A stretch of 64,000 bases of DNA. It comes from Eledone cirrhosa. Taxonomy: Eukaryota. How positions within the stretch are numbered: position 1 is the stretch's first letter; each line of letters begins with the position of its first letter. Made by a program: the position numbers and the translations under genes. The stretch lies in assembly GCA_964016885.1 (NCBI GenBank), contig OZ024753.1:868001-932000 (forward strand). The letters are read 5' to 3'. Below, in pieces: positions 25,751 through 38,000 of this stretch. Below the pieces are notes generated by a model, which was given only the letters and a program-made list of their open reading frames with translations, searched no databases and was not told the DNA's origin.

Positions 25751-26513
25751 CAGTCCTAAGAGTGGCACCCCACCAGGATGCTCTTGCCGAAAGCTTGTCC
25801 AACTTCAACAGCAATGCAACAAACCCGCTGTAGTTATGAAGCTGTGGTCACTCCCAACTGACCAAATCAACCACAGGAGGTCAAATCCTATGTGGGTATG
25901 GCGGAAGCTGATATTGTATTGATATTGTATTGAGATTGTATTACAGAGCAGAAGAAAAGTGGTCTACTACTTAACAAGACTGAGAAACAGATAAAATGCT
26001 TTGTAATATTCGTATCAGCTCTCTGCATTCAGAGTTAAAAACCCACTGAGATCAACTTTGATTTCATGCTTTTGATGTGGATAAATAAAGTTCATGTGTC
26101 AAATTGTCGATAGATGATACATTTGTGTAAAATTATTTCATGGATGTTAATTCTTTACTGAGGAGAAACATTTTTTAGAGAGTTTAAGAAATATATTTTA
26201 ACCGAATATTATTTTTGTTTTATTATTAATAAAATATAAAAATTGCAAATAATGTTCAAATTTTTCTGCGGACCACCAAAATTTTCTCTCAGACCACTAA
26301 TGGTCCACAGGCCACCAGTTGGCAACTGCTGCTCTATATGTAATGAGTGATAGCTATTATATGTCAAGTTCTGGATGAATTAGTCAGTCATGTGAAAAAC
26401 CAGTTGAGTGTTTCTTTACCATTATTGATTCCCCTGAATTAAAGGATTCGAAATGATCAATACATTTATTTCTTAGTTGTCCATTAAAGTTTTTATGAAG
26501 AGACAGATAAATA

Positions 26514-27699
26514 GGTTGTGCATGTATCTGTACATATTGACCAATGGTAACAACATAAACCATATGGCAAAAGGTTGTGCATGTATCTGTACATATTGAC
26601 CAATGGTAACAACATAAACCATATGGCAAAAGGTTGTGCATGTATCTGTACATATTGACCAATGGTAACAACATAAACCAGGTGGCAAAAGGTTGTGCAT
26701 GTATCTGTACATATTGACCAATTGTAACAACATAAACCATATGGCAAAAGGTGGTGCATGTATCTGTACATATTGACCAATGGTAACAACATAAACCAGG
26801 TGGCAAAAGGTTGTGCATGTATCTGTACATATTGACCAATTGTAACAACATAAACCATATGGCAAAAGGTGGTGCATGTATCTGTACATATTGACCAATG
26901 GTAACAACATAAACCATATGGCAAAAGGTTGTGCATGTATCTGTACATATTGACCAATGGTAACAACATAAACCATATGGCAAAAGGTTGTGCATGTATC
27001 TGTACATATTGACCAATGGTAACAACATAAACCATATGGCAAAAGGTGGTGCATGTATCTGTACATATTGACCAATGGTAACAACATAAACCATATGGCA
27101 AAAGGTGGTGCATGTATCTGTACATATTGACCAATGGTAACAACATAAACCAGGTGGCAAAAGGTTGTGCATGTATCTGTACATATTGACCAATGGTAAC
27201 AACATAAACCAGGTGGCAAAAGGTGGTGCATGTATCTGTACATATTGACCAATGGTAACAACATAAACCAGGTGGCAAAGGGTTGTGCATGTATCTGTAC
27301 ATATTGACCAATTGTAACAACATAAACCAGGTGGCAAAAGGTGGTGCATGTATCTGTACATATTGACCAATGGTAACAACATAAACCATATGGCAAAAGG
27401 TTGTGCATGTATCTGTACATATTGACCAATGGTAACAACATAAACCATATGGCAAAAGGTGGTGCATGTATCTGTACATATTGACCAATGGTAACAACAT
27501 AAACCATATGGCAAAAGGTGGTGCATGTATCTGTACATATTGACCAATGGTAACAACATAAACCATATGGCAAAAGGTTGTGCATGTATCTGTACATATT
27601 GACCAATGGTAACAACATAAACCAGGTGGCAAAAGGTTGTGCATGTATCTGTACATATTGACCAATTGTAACAACATAAACCAGGTGGCAAAAGGTTGT
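26514..27699. repeat. 59-bp minisatellite, about 20 copies
   Basis: Unit ggttgtgcatgtatctgtacatattgaccaatggtaacaacataaaccatatggcaaaa with a few recurrent variant sites. Confidence 0.97.
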
Positions 27700-27719
27700 T
27701 ATGTTCCCATTCATCACTC

Positions 27720-27945
27720 TGCTTCTCCAATGTGCAGAACCCCAGGTATAATGAGCAAAATCCATGGTGTATGCTACCTCACAGTCCCCAGCAGAGAAAA
27801 TAGAAAAAGCATCACCCTACAGGATAGTGAAGGAGACACACTGAGAAAGTCATTCCTTCACTCAGAGCCCACTCATGCCTGTGACCAACTCCATACCTAT
27901 AGTAGTGAGTAGGGAGGTGATTCACAGACCAAGAATGACAAAACT
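27720..27945 (-). mobile_element. Degenerate CRE-like 3' fragment
   Basis: Similar to 57180-57405 and 40078-40200. Confidence 0.5.
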
Positions 27946-27950
27946 CTCCA

Positions 27951-28370
27951 CTTCTATAGGTACATGACCAGTTATTTGGGGTCATTTCTAACGAAGGTAC
28001 AAGACTAACAATTTGGGGTCATTTCTAACGAAGGTACAAGACTAACAATTTGGGTCATTTCTAACGAAGGTACAAGACTAACAATTTAGGGTCATTTCTA
28101 ACGAAGGTACAAGACTAACAATTTGGGGTCATTTCTAACGCAGGTACAAGACTAACATTTTGGGGTAATTTCTTATGTAGGTACAGGACCAGCAATTTGG
28201 GGTAAGGGGAAAGTCAATTCTATTGACCCTTGTTCTTTACTAGTACTCAATTTTATTAACCCGAAAAGCTGACCTTGATGGGATTTGAACTCAAAACTTA
28301 AAGAGCCATAACTGAATGCTACAAACTATTTTGTCAGTCGCTTCGCTAATTCTGCCAATCTACCGCCCTT
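27951..28370 (-). repeat. 37-bp minisatellite (about 6 copies) grown from the 3' end of a family A SINE (28175-28370)
   Basis: Unit ggggtcatttctaacgaaggtacaagactaacaattt resembles the SINE end tttctactttaggcacaaggccagcaatttgggg. Confidence 0.8.
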
Positions 28371-28609
28371 TAAACAACACAAAAACAACAACAATTATCT
28401 TACTAACATATTCATCCACACACCCATGAATAAAGAATATTTAGACAATTACATTTAAATTAAGTTAGTCTCGCCATTATATTAAGGAATTTCTTACCGA
28501 TTTGGGTAATTAACACGTGTCATTTAAATTCCATAGAAAAGTCATATAATTATAGTTTAGAGCATTGTGGTTCAGGTCAACTCAAACTAGCAGTCCAATT
28601 GATGGAAGA

Positions 28610-29250
28610 GCTGTTGTTGGTGGTGGTGGTAGTGGCAGTGGTGTTGTTGATGGTGGTGACATTAGTATTGCTGGTGTTGGTGCTGGTGGTAGTGGCAGTG
28701 GTGTTATTGTTGTTGTTGTTGGTGGTGGTGTTGTTAGTGTTGTTGTTGGTGGTCGTCGTGGTAGTGGTGTTGGTATTGTTGCTGGTGTTGGAGTTGATGG
28801 TGGTGGTGGTGTTGGTGTTGGTGGTGTTGTTGCAGGTGGTGGTGGTGGTGGCATTGGTGTTGTTGTTGGTGGTGGCAGTGGTGGTGGTAGTGGCATTGGT
28901 ATTATTGCTGGTGTTGGTGTTGGTGGTATTGGTGTTGGTGTTGGTGGTATTGTTGCTGGTGTCAATGTTGGTGGTGGTGGTGTTGGTGTTGGTGGTGTTG
29001 TTGCTGGTGTCAATGTTGGTGTTGGTGGTGTTGTTGCAGGTGTTGGTGGTGGTGGTGGCATTGGTGTTGTTGGTATTGTTGTTGTGGGTGGTGATAGTAG
29101 TATTGTTGCTAATGTTGGTATTGTTAATGGTGGAAGTGGTGCTGTTGTCACTGTTATTATTGTTGCAGCTGCTGTTGTTGCTAATGTTGTTGTTGTTGTT
29201 GTTGTTGTTGGCTGTGATGGTAATGTTGTTGTTTTTGTTGTTCTTGTTGC
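28610..29250. repeat. Cryptic (GGT/GTT/GCT)n trinucleotide repeat
   Basis: Low-complexity tract that produces spurious G/V- and P/T-rich ORFs. Confidence 0.9.
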
Positions 29251-29719
29251 TTATTACCTACATCAAACCTGACCCAGCAGTTTTGAATAACAATAAGAGA
29301 AGAAACAGACACAGCAGTATGAGCCAACAAAGAAGTCTATGTGGCAACTTGACCTACTAAAAGTAGCAGCTAGCTCTCATTCAAATCACAGCTTTTTGTC
29401 TCTAAAAAATGGAAATATATCTTCAATAATATAGTTCAATACATGTCATGCCTGAATGCTGGTCGTGGCTGGAACACTTTTGATAATTTGCCAGGTCAAG
29501 TTGACACGGTGATAAGTAACATGAAAAACAACACTAGCCAAACAAAGGAACCTCCATGTTGTGACTCAACCTGCTATAAATAGCAGCCAAATATCCTTCA
29601 AAACCCACCTTTCTATCTTTTAAAAGACAGACATTAAATAATACATACATTATATGAAACGATATATTGACATAATTGTTGAAACCTTTGACATTTATTC
29701 TGATTCTTTACATGCTGGG

Positions 29720-30345
29720 TTAAATCACAATGTGGCCAACATTGCACACCACTTCAGATTCCTCTTAAACCCAGTTTCTCCCTCAATTCATCCAAGCTCT
29801 GACTTTCTTTCACATTTACATTGCAAATCCAACGAAGCTTGGTTGCATCATTTTTTTTCCAGTCTACACACGTCCTCTGCAGTCACAGCCCATGTTTCAC
29901 TACCATGAAACATCATACAGTCATCCTTTTGTATGTAGGGAGAAACCTTTAGTTGTCAACAGTGGGAGTAGCTCTCTAAATTTCTTCAATCCTATTCTTA
30001 TTCTAGCTATTATGTTCTCAGAGCACCCTCCTCCATCCTAATTAGGTCACCTAGGTAGCAGAAGCTATCAATTACTTCTATGGATCCTTCATATGATTGG
30101 AAAAGTTTTATATCACTGATGCTCTTCCCATCAATTACCCCTGTGAATCTAGTACATATGAATACTTCCTTTCCTGCTAGTCTACCCGTTATTCCACTAC
30201 ACTTCTTGTATTGTGTACATTGTATAGATTTTCTGCCTACTCCTTATCTACATATTGATGTCTTGTCTTCTTTCCTGCTTATCAATACTTTAGTTTTGGC
30301 TAAGTTTACTCTCAGCCCTTTTGATTGTAAATTGTTTTTCAAAGC
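29720..30345 (-). mobile_element. Degenerate RTE-like LINE (PHD family) fragment
   Basis: [40 protein letters not shown]. Confidence 0.75.
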
Positions 30346-30447
30346 TCTGCAGCAGCTGATAACAAGGCTAAGGCAATGGAATAGCCAAGTACCCTCGTCA
30401 GGAGTGTCACCTGATATGTTGCTAATGCAAGCCACAAATAATGAGAA

Positions 30448-30665
30448 GAACCTCATTGTCACATTGTCAGTGGTCCAGCTCCCCTAAATGTCTTGATTGT
30501 TTGAAGCTGAAAGAACCTCATTGTCAGTGGGCCAGCTCCCTTATATGCCTCGAATGGTTGAAGTTGGCAGAACCTCATTGTCAGTGACCCAGCTCCCTTA
30601 TATGCCTCGAATGCTTGAAGTTGAAAGAACCTCGTTGTCAGTGGCTCAGCTCCCTTAAATGTCTC
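30448..30665. repeat. 57-bp tandem repeat, about 4 copies
   Basis: gaacctc(a/g)ttgtca recurs at 30448, 30513, 30570 and 30627. Confidence 0.85.
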
Positions 30666-30892
30666 TAAATGTACACTAAATAGAAAGACGTCAACAGTAT
30701 ATTCTGTTGGGTGATCACCTTCTCCACTTCAAATATTTGCACCCAATAAAAGTATTTTATCAGCCAAGCTTGATTTAGATTCTTGCTCTGTGTAATTTCA
30801 AATTACTGCTTTTAACAAACTTCAGCATTTGTCTGTCTGAATGTGTATGTATAAATATATATGTTCATGTGTGCATCTCGCCCTTTCCACCC

Positions 30893-30952
<60 letters not shown>

Positions 30953-31011
30953 CTGCACATACATATTTATATATATATACATATATATATATACACACAC
31001 CTGCACATACA

Positions 31012-31049
<38 letters not shown>

Positions 31050-31331
31050 TATACATGATATATGTAATATACACACACATATACCTTGCTAGCAAGGAGA
31101 GCGGATGTTAAATGATGGTGTATGTGTGTGCGTGTGTAAGTCAGTGTGTATGTGTACATATGTATATATGTATGTATATATATATATATGCATGTATATA
31201 CACATATATGTGTGTGTATACAGGCATGCATGCATATGGAGGGAGATGTGCAGATTTATTTCTAGTCTTGGGTGTTTATTCTAGCCTTTTTTTTTTGTCA
31301 GTTGTGATTATTGTTATCATTATTGTTGTTG

Positions 31332-31365
<34 letters not shown>

Positions 31366-31566
31366 AGACCAACACAAATTAAAAACGATGAATAACAAAG
31401 ATATTTTAAATGAAGAATTACTAAGGCATTTAACTTTTCTTTTCCTCTTTCCTTCCTCTCTCCCTCTGTCTTTCTCTTTCTCTTCCAGTTTTTGTTTCCT
31501 TTTTATATTTATTTATGCTTTGTTCTCCAACTGGAAAAAGGTAGGGTGGGGAGGGTCATCTCCATA

Positions 31567-31660
31567 GTCATCAGCAATTTTCTCTTGACCAAGTGACATC
31601 ATAGGTGACCAGTTTTTAGTGACACCTCGAGTATAAATTCTGGTGGAAAGCTCTTCAGTC
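31567..31660 (+). promoter_or_regulatory. Putative omega-crystallin promoter: AT-rich half-MARE (31567-31580, - strand), TGACATCA CRE/AP-1 variant (31594-31601), TATA (31632), TCAGT initiator (31655)
   Basis: Motifs clustered 100-200 bp upstream of the ATG at 31761. Confidence 0.6.
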
Positions 31661-31760
31661 GTCTAGATTCTCACTTGTCACCAAAGACTGTAAGCAAAGA
31701 CTTGGAAGCTTATTTCCGATTTGGTTTTTAAGTGATACAATACAATAACTATTAGTAATT

Positions 31761-33290
31761 ATGGCTGGACTTCCACCACCCACCAAGAACCCTGAGGTTA
31801 AGTTTACCAAGGTATAGTCACTTTGTCTTTAGTCTTTATGTTCTAAATATCTTTACTTAAAAGTTACATCTTATGTTTATATATATATATATATATATAT
31901 ATCATCATCATCATCACCGTTTTACGTCCGTTCTTCCATGCTAGCATGGGTTAGACGGGTTGTCTTGTTGTGGGCAGTGTCTGGTCGGCTGACCATGCCT
32001 TGCTCATATAGGAACTGATTTTGGCTTGATTTCTACAGCTGGATGCCCTTCCTAACACCAACCTCATTTACAGTGAGTGCTGGGTGCTTTTTCTGTGGCG
32101 CCTACACGTCCACTTTACAGTGTGGGCTGGGTGCTTTTTTGCCGTGGCACCTCCATGACCACCTTGCAGTGGGGGGTGTGGGGGAATATTGTCTATATGC
32201 TTCAGCTTGTACCCATGGGAGGTCGGGTACTCTGTATTACGGTCGTGTGTCATCACCTTTGAGAGGTGTAATTGGGTAAGGTCGGTTTTTATCACCTCAT
32301 CCCAGGTCTTCTTGGGTCTCCCCACTCCGCGGTTCCCATTGACTTCTAGTGCTCTGCACCTTTTTATGCAGCTGTCATCCTTCATACGCATCACATGTCC
32401 ATACCAACGCAACCGCCTCTCCTGCACACAGTATTTGATTCCTCTTATGCTCAGTCTCTCTCTCAATTCATTTATGCTTTGTCGTTCGCGTATATTACTA
32501 TTACACATCCATCGGAGCATGCAGGCTTCGTTTCTTTCTAATCTATGTAAGTCTTCCACCTTCAGCGCCCAGGTCTCACTACCATGTAACATTGCTGTTC
32601 GGATACACGCATCATACAGTCTGCCTTTCATTTTGAGGGTTGAGGGAGAAGCCTTTTGCAGCTAGCAGTGGCAGTAGTTCCCTGAACTTCTTCCATCCCG
32701 TTCTTACCCTAGTTATTGTACTTTCTGAACACCCACCTCCGCTGCTAATTCGGTCACCTAGGTAGCAGAAGCTGTCTACTGTTTCTACAGAGCCCTCCCA
32801 GAGATTGGTGGTGCTTGTTTCCTGTGGCCGTTGACTGCTTGCTGTCCCAGCGCAGCTGCTACATGTGAAGCCTACATTCTTAATTAAGCTTCCTGAGATC
32901 CCGCTACATCTCTTGTGTACCCATTGTTTGCATTTGGGGCAGAGAATGGAGTTCCTACCTACACCTTTCCTACATACTGAGCAAGGCCATTTCCCTGAGG
33001 GGATCTGGGTTTTGTTTTCTCGCCTACTCGTCCTACTCGTTCCTATTACCCACTCTACTACCCTAAGTATTGAGTACTTTGGTGCGTTATGGTCCACCTG
33101 GTTCCTTACCACATTTCCTTCGTTACATATATATATATATATATATATTATCTTTTATTTCTAACTCTATCTTCTGATAACGGAGTAGTGTCTGAAACAC
33201 TAAAATTATTTTCCTGTTATTTCAAATGTTAAACTAATATATTTCTTGAATGTACTGTGTTGTTTGCTTTATTATTTCTCTTTACTTTTA

Positions 33291-33325
<35 letters not shown>

Positions 33326-33607
33326 AATATATATATATATAATATATAACACTGGAGGGTTATATCCATAGTTGTAGAGCACTCAGTCCATGGAACAAGT
33401 TTGGTAGAAGTAGTTCTACAACAGTTGCTTCACTATACGGAGAACAAATGTTTCACCTTATGTGGATCTTCGGAAGATCTTATGAAGATCCACATAAGGT
33501 GAAACATTTGTTTTCGATATGGTGAACTAACTGTTGTAGAACTACTTCTTATATACTTTTTCTTATTTGCTAAACCTTGATTATATATATATATATATGT
33601 ATGTATG

Positions 33608-33641
<34 letters not shown>

Positions 33642-34964
33642 TGTATATGTATATATATTGAGAGAGATATGCATTTCCATACATATATACTTACATTCAT
33701 GATTATTGCTTCTTCTTATCAGATGATAGCCATCTCAACATCACCTGAATCATTCATGCAAGTCTACACAGAGGTGACTTTTCTATTCAGTGACAAAAGG
33801 CAAGACAATGACCCACCCCCTTCCCCAGCACTAACAACACTCCAATGTATGACTCATCTGCCCAGATGCCTAGGGAACTATGATTACACTTGTCTATAGT
33901 GAACAATAAGACAATGATCAACTAGTGAGTTTCTATGTGATCATTCAACCTGCAAGAAATAACAGCAAAATCTCCCCGAAACCATATCTGAAAAATGGGT
34001 GTCAGATGTGTGGGCAGGGGCACAATTTCACTGCATGCCATAGGCACTATTTTCCCTAGTTACGCCTCTGCCTGTAGATGATTATGAGGTCTTCATTCAT
34101 TGTCTCAACTGCATAACAGATTATAGATTTCATTTTCAACTCAACAGGGGTTTCATTGGTTAATTAGGGATTAACGTGTTTGTCTTGGTTTCAATTTCAG
34201 ATTTTCATAAACAACCAATTTGTTGATTCTTCTAATGGAAAGACTTATGCTGTGAACAACCCCTGCACAACAAAGAAGATCTGTGACGTACAGGAAGGGA
34301 CTAAGGTAACAACTTAGAAATAACATACATACCTACATATATACATACATACCTACATATATACATACATACATACATACACACATACATATATATATAT
34401 TATGTTGCAATCTTTTGACTTTGGGTGTATCCAGGTAACTTTATGCTTCTTCTTTTGGTGGACCACATTCACAGTGGGACCACATTCCGGATTTGGGAGC
34501 CCAGGACTACCTGATGCAGAGGGACAGGCCTGTTGGCCATGCCAATATATATATATATATACTCATTTTATTAAGGCTAAATAGTGAGTCATGTTAATCT
34601 TGAGTTTTGTCTGTTTATCACAGGGTCACATGGCTTAGTGGTTAGAACATTAGCCTTGCAATCGAAAGGTTATGAGTTCAATTCTCAGACCGGGTGATGT
34701 GTTGTTTCCTTGAGCAAGACACTTTATTTCACATTGCTCCAGTTTACTCAGCTGTAGAAATGAGATGATAGGGACTGGGGTCCCTATCATTCCACTGCAA
34801 AGTGGTCGTGGAGGTGCCACGGCAAAAAAGCACCCAGCACTCACCGTAAATGAGGTTGGTGTTAGGAAGGGCATCCAGCTGTAGAAATCAAGCCAGAATC
34901 AGTTCCCGTCCCACCCTTGCAAGCAGGGAAAAGCAGACGTAAAATGAAATGATGATGATGATGA

Positions 34965-35006
<42 letters not shown>

Positions 35007-38000
35007 CGAAATATCCGAAAAAACAAAAAACAGAAGGAGTAAATGTAACAAATATTATATATATATATAGAGAGAGAGGGATTTGAATAAATGCACAAAA
35101 GAAACAATGGATTGTGGTCCCTTAGATGTGAACACACAAATAGCTGTACATTGCACACCTTGCAGACAGACAGTGAAAAGTAGAGATGAAGAAATGGTGC
35201 AGAGGTGAAGAATTATGAATAAGGTGAGAGACAGGTAGAGAGTTAGGGCTAGGTGTAAGAAATTGTAGAGATATAACATGAAAGGTTGGTGTATTGTCAA
35301 GTAGTTTTGTTATTATATAGAAATTCTATCAATTGTGTTTCTTTTTACAGAGTGACATTGATAAGGCTGTTCAAGCATGTAAAACAGCATTCAAGCGTGG
35401 AACATCATGGAGACGCATGGATGCCAGTCGCCGTGGACACCTTCTATATTGTCTGGCTGACCTATTCGAAAGAGATATAGCATACTTATCAGTAAGTATC
35501 AATCTTGATTACTTTGGTGAAGACAATGATTGCTGGTGAGACCAGCATAACACTGAAACATGTCTAGTGTTGTCTTCTATACTTGCCAGAAAAACAAAAA
35601 CAGTAGTATTATTGGCAGTATTGGTAGAGGGTTGGACACCATGCTTTGCAGCATAGAGTTACGGCCCTTTCCGGTCTGAGTTCAAATCCCGCCAAGGTTA
35701 ACTTTGCCTTTCATCCCTATGGGGTTGATAAAATAAAGTACCAATAATGCACTGGGATAATTGCTGGCCTTGAGCCAAAAGTAGAAACAATTATTGTTTT
35801 TCTTCACAGCATATTTTTTTCTTGTTGTTTATTTAATGTTCTTTGTATTAGATATTGTCCGATTTTATGTTTACATGGGTTGACTAGGTGTTTTCTAGTA
35901 TAACATCCCTGCATTTGTTGTGTTCCTTCATCATCTCCTCTGTGTACTTCAACAATTTGAGATCAGCTTATACCAGGGTTTCCTAAACTTTTTCAAACAT
36001 GGAACCCTTTTTGGTTCAGAAACTTTTGGGGGAACCCGAAAGTCTAATACTGTTATATGGTCGTAATATAAATATACTCCTCTACCTTTTTTTCATGGAA
36101 CCCCAGACACTCTTTTGCAGAACCCTTGGGTTCCACGGAATCCCCTTTGGGAACCACTGGCTTATATCACCTCTACCCAGGTCTTCCTCCACTCAGATTT
36201 CTTGGCACTTCTTTAGCCAATGATAACAATAACTTACCACATGATATATATTTATTTACAAGCAGGCCAGGATGTTAAAAATCTCAGTAGTTTGATTAAA
36301 TGCTCAAATAGTATTTAATTCCATCCTTTATTGTTCTGAGTTCAATTCTCACCATGGTCAACTGTACTCAAGATAATAAGTATCAGTCATATATTTGGGG
36401 TTGGGGAGCAGGGCAGTAATTATACTTGCTATGTTATACCTGTAGTTTCATTGAGCACAATTCCAACACCATGATTGTGCCAAGTCTTAAGTACAAAATC
36501 AACAAATTTGTTGGAATTCAGCTTGCCACTTTCTGTCCATCTGACTTCACTGAGACCCATTATGCTGAGATCATATCGTTTGAATTTATGGCACAACTGA
36601 GCCAATTTTCCGCACTGATACAAAGTTCTTATGTTCGATATAGCCACTTTTGTGAGAGCTTTGATACTAACAATTGGGCTAGAAATTGAGAACTGGCCTA
36701 GTGCAACCTCTCATAATAAAATACATTTGGAAGAGCCCAGGAACATATGCAAGGAAAATGCAAGCTCTCTGACTATCTAGCACAAGGAAATAATGCATAA
36801 TGGTGTGATGTAGGCACCCATCCCTTCTGAGAAATAGGGAAAATGAGTGTTAAATGATTTCATTATTCCTTTACTGTTTCAGTCATTGGACTGTGGACAT
36901 GATGAGACACCACCTTCAAGAGTTTGGTTAATTATATCGACCCATAATACATTTTATTTAATAGTCTGTTATGTAATATTTATTAGGCAAAACAATGAGA
37001 AATGCTATATATATGTATCAAAGTTGAATTATTCAATATATTTTTATATGACAGAGTTTGGAAACTTTGGATACAGGCAAACCATACAAGAGTTCTTACC
37101 AAGATATGGTAAACTGTATCCTGGTACTGCGTTATTATGCTGGTTGGGCAGATAAAAATATGGGACAGAATATTCCTGTTGGTAAGTCATTTTAGCAACC
37201 ATACTAACTTCCACTTATTCCACTTACCCATAACAATATAACTGACAGCTTGCCACAAGGGTTGAGAGGAGAACTATGAAGTTAAATCCTTTTATAATAT
37301 CATTGGAGTGGATGCAGCATTGCCAAATAGTTGAGAAGTTCACTTCACAAACATTAAGAATATGAATATGTTCATTAATGTAAATAACCACAATTTCATA
37401 CTTCAATTCTTAAATCCCTGCATCACATGAAACTACATTAGCAAGACATTCTTGAAAAGTATATGACTACATCACATTAAAGATTAAAGTCTTTATACTA
37501 ATATCCCACACTATCACCACTAATATCACACACTATCACCATGATATGTCTTATATTCCACTGTGTGATATCTTGAGCTAGTTTAATTGACAATAGCGTG
37601 GGTTGACCAATGCCTTGTCATTGAAACAGGGCAGACAGAAATTGTTGGGAAGCCTGTCAGATGGACTGTACCTGTAATTCAAAGGACCAGCCTTATCACA
37701 CACTGTGTCACACTGAATCTCCCTGAGAATTATATTATGGGTACATATGGCTGTGGAAAGCTCAGCCACTTACATGTTAATTTCATGAGCAGGCAGTCTC
37801 GTTGATCAACAATTGGAACATTCATCATAAAAACCATCCATTTTTTTGGAATACTGGAACCCTGGAACATTGGAACACTCATAGAAGCCATCAGAGGTCC
37901 ATCATTTTTCCAGTGGGAAAATTAACTTAGTGCCAATAATTTTGAATGTATGTTTGTTTTTGTTTTTGCTTTCTTTTTAGCTATATTTCAACTGCATTTC

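Noticed and set aside
26514-27699. CRISPR-like array (also considered for 55907-56579)
   Set aside because: Units are contiguous with no unique spacers, there are no cas genes, and the context is eukaryotic
26384-27765. Three long minus-strand ORFs (394-448 aa)
   Set aside because: They come from a stop-free 59-bp tandem unit that cycles through all three frames; there is no domain or splice evidence
28565-29360. Gly/Val-rich or Pro/Thr-rich structural protein ORFs
   Set aside because: Trinucleotide low-complexity tract open on both strands, with no signal peptide or exon boundaries
35608-35700. tRNA genes suggested by B-box gttcaaatcc motifs
   Set aside because: They are SINE heads with no complete cloverleaf
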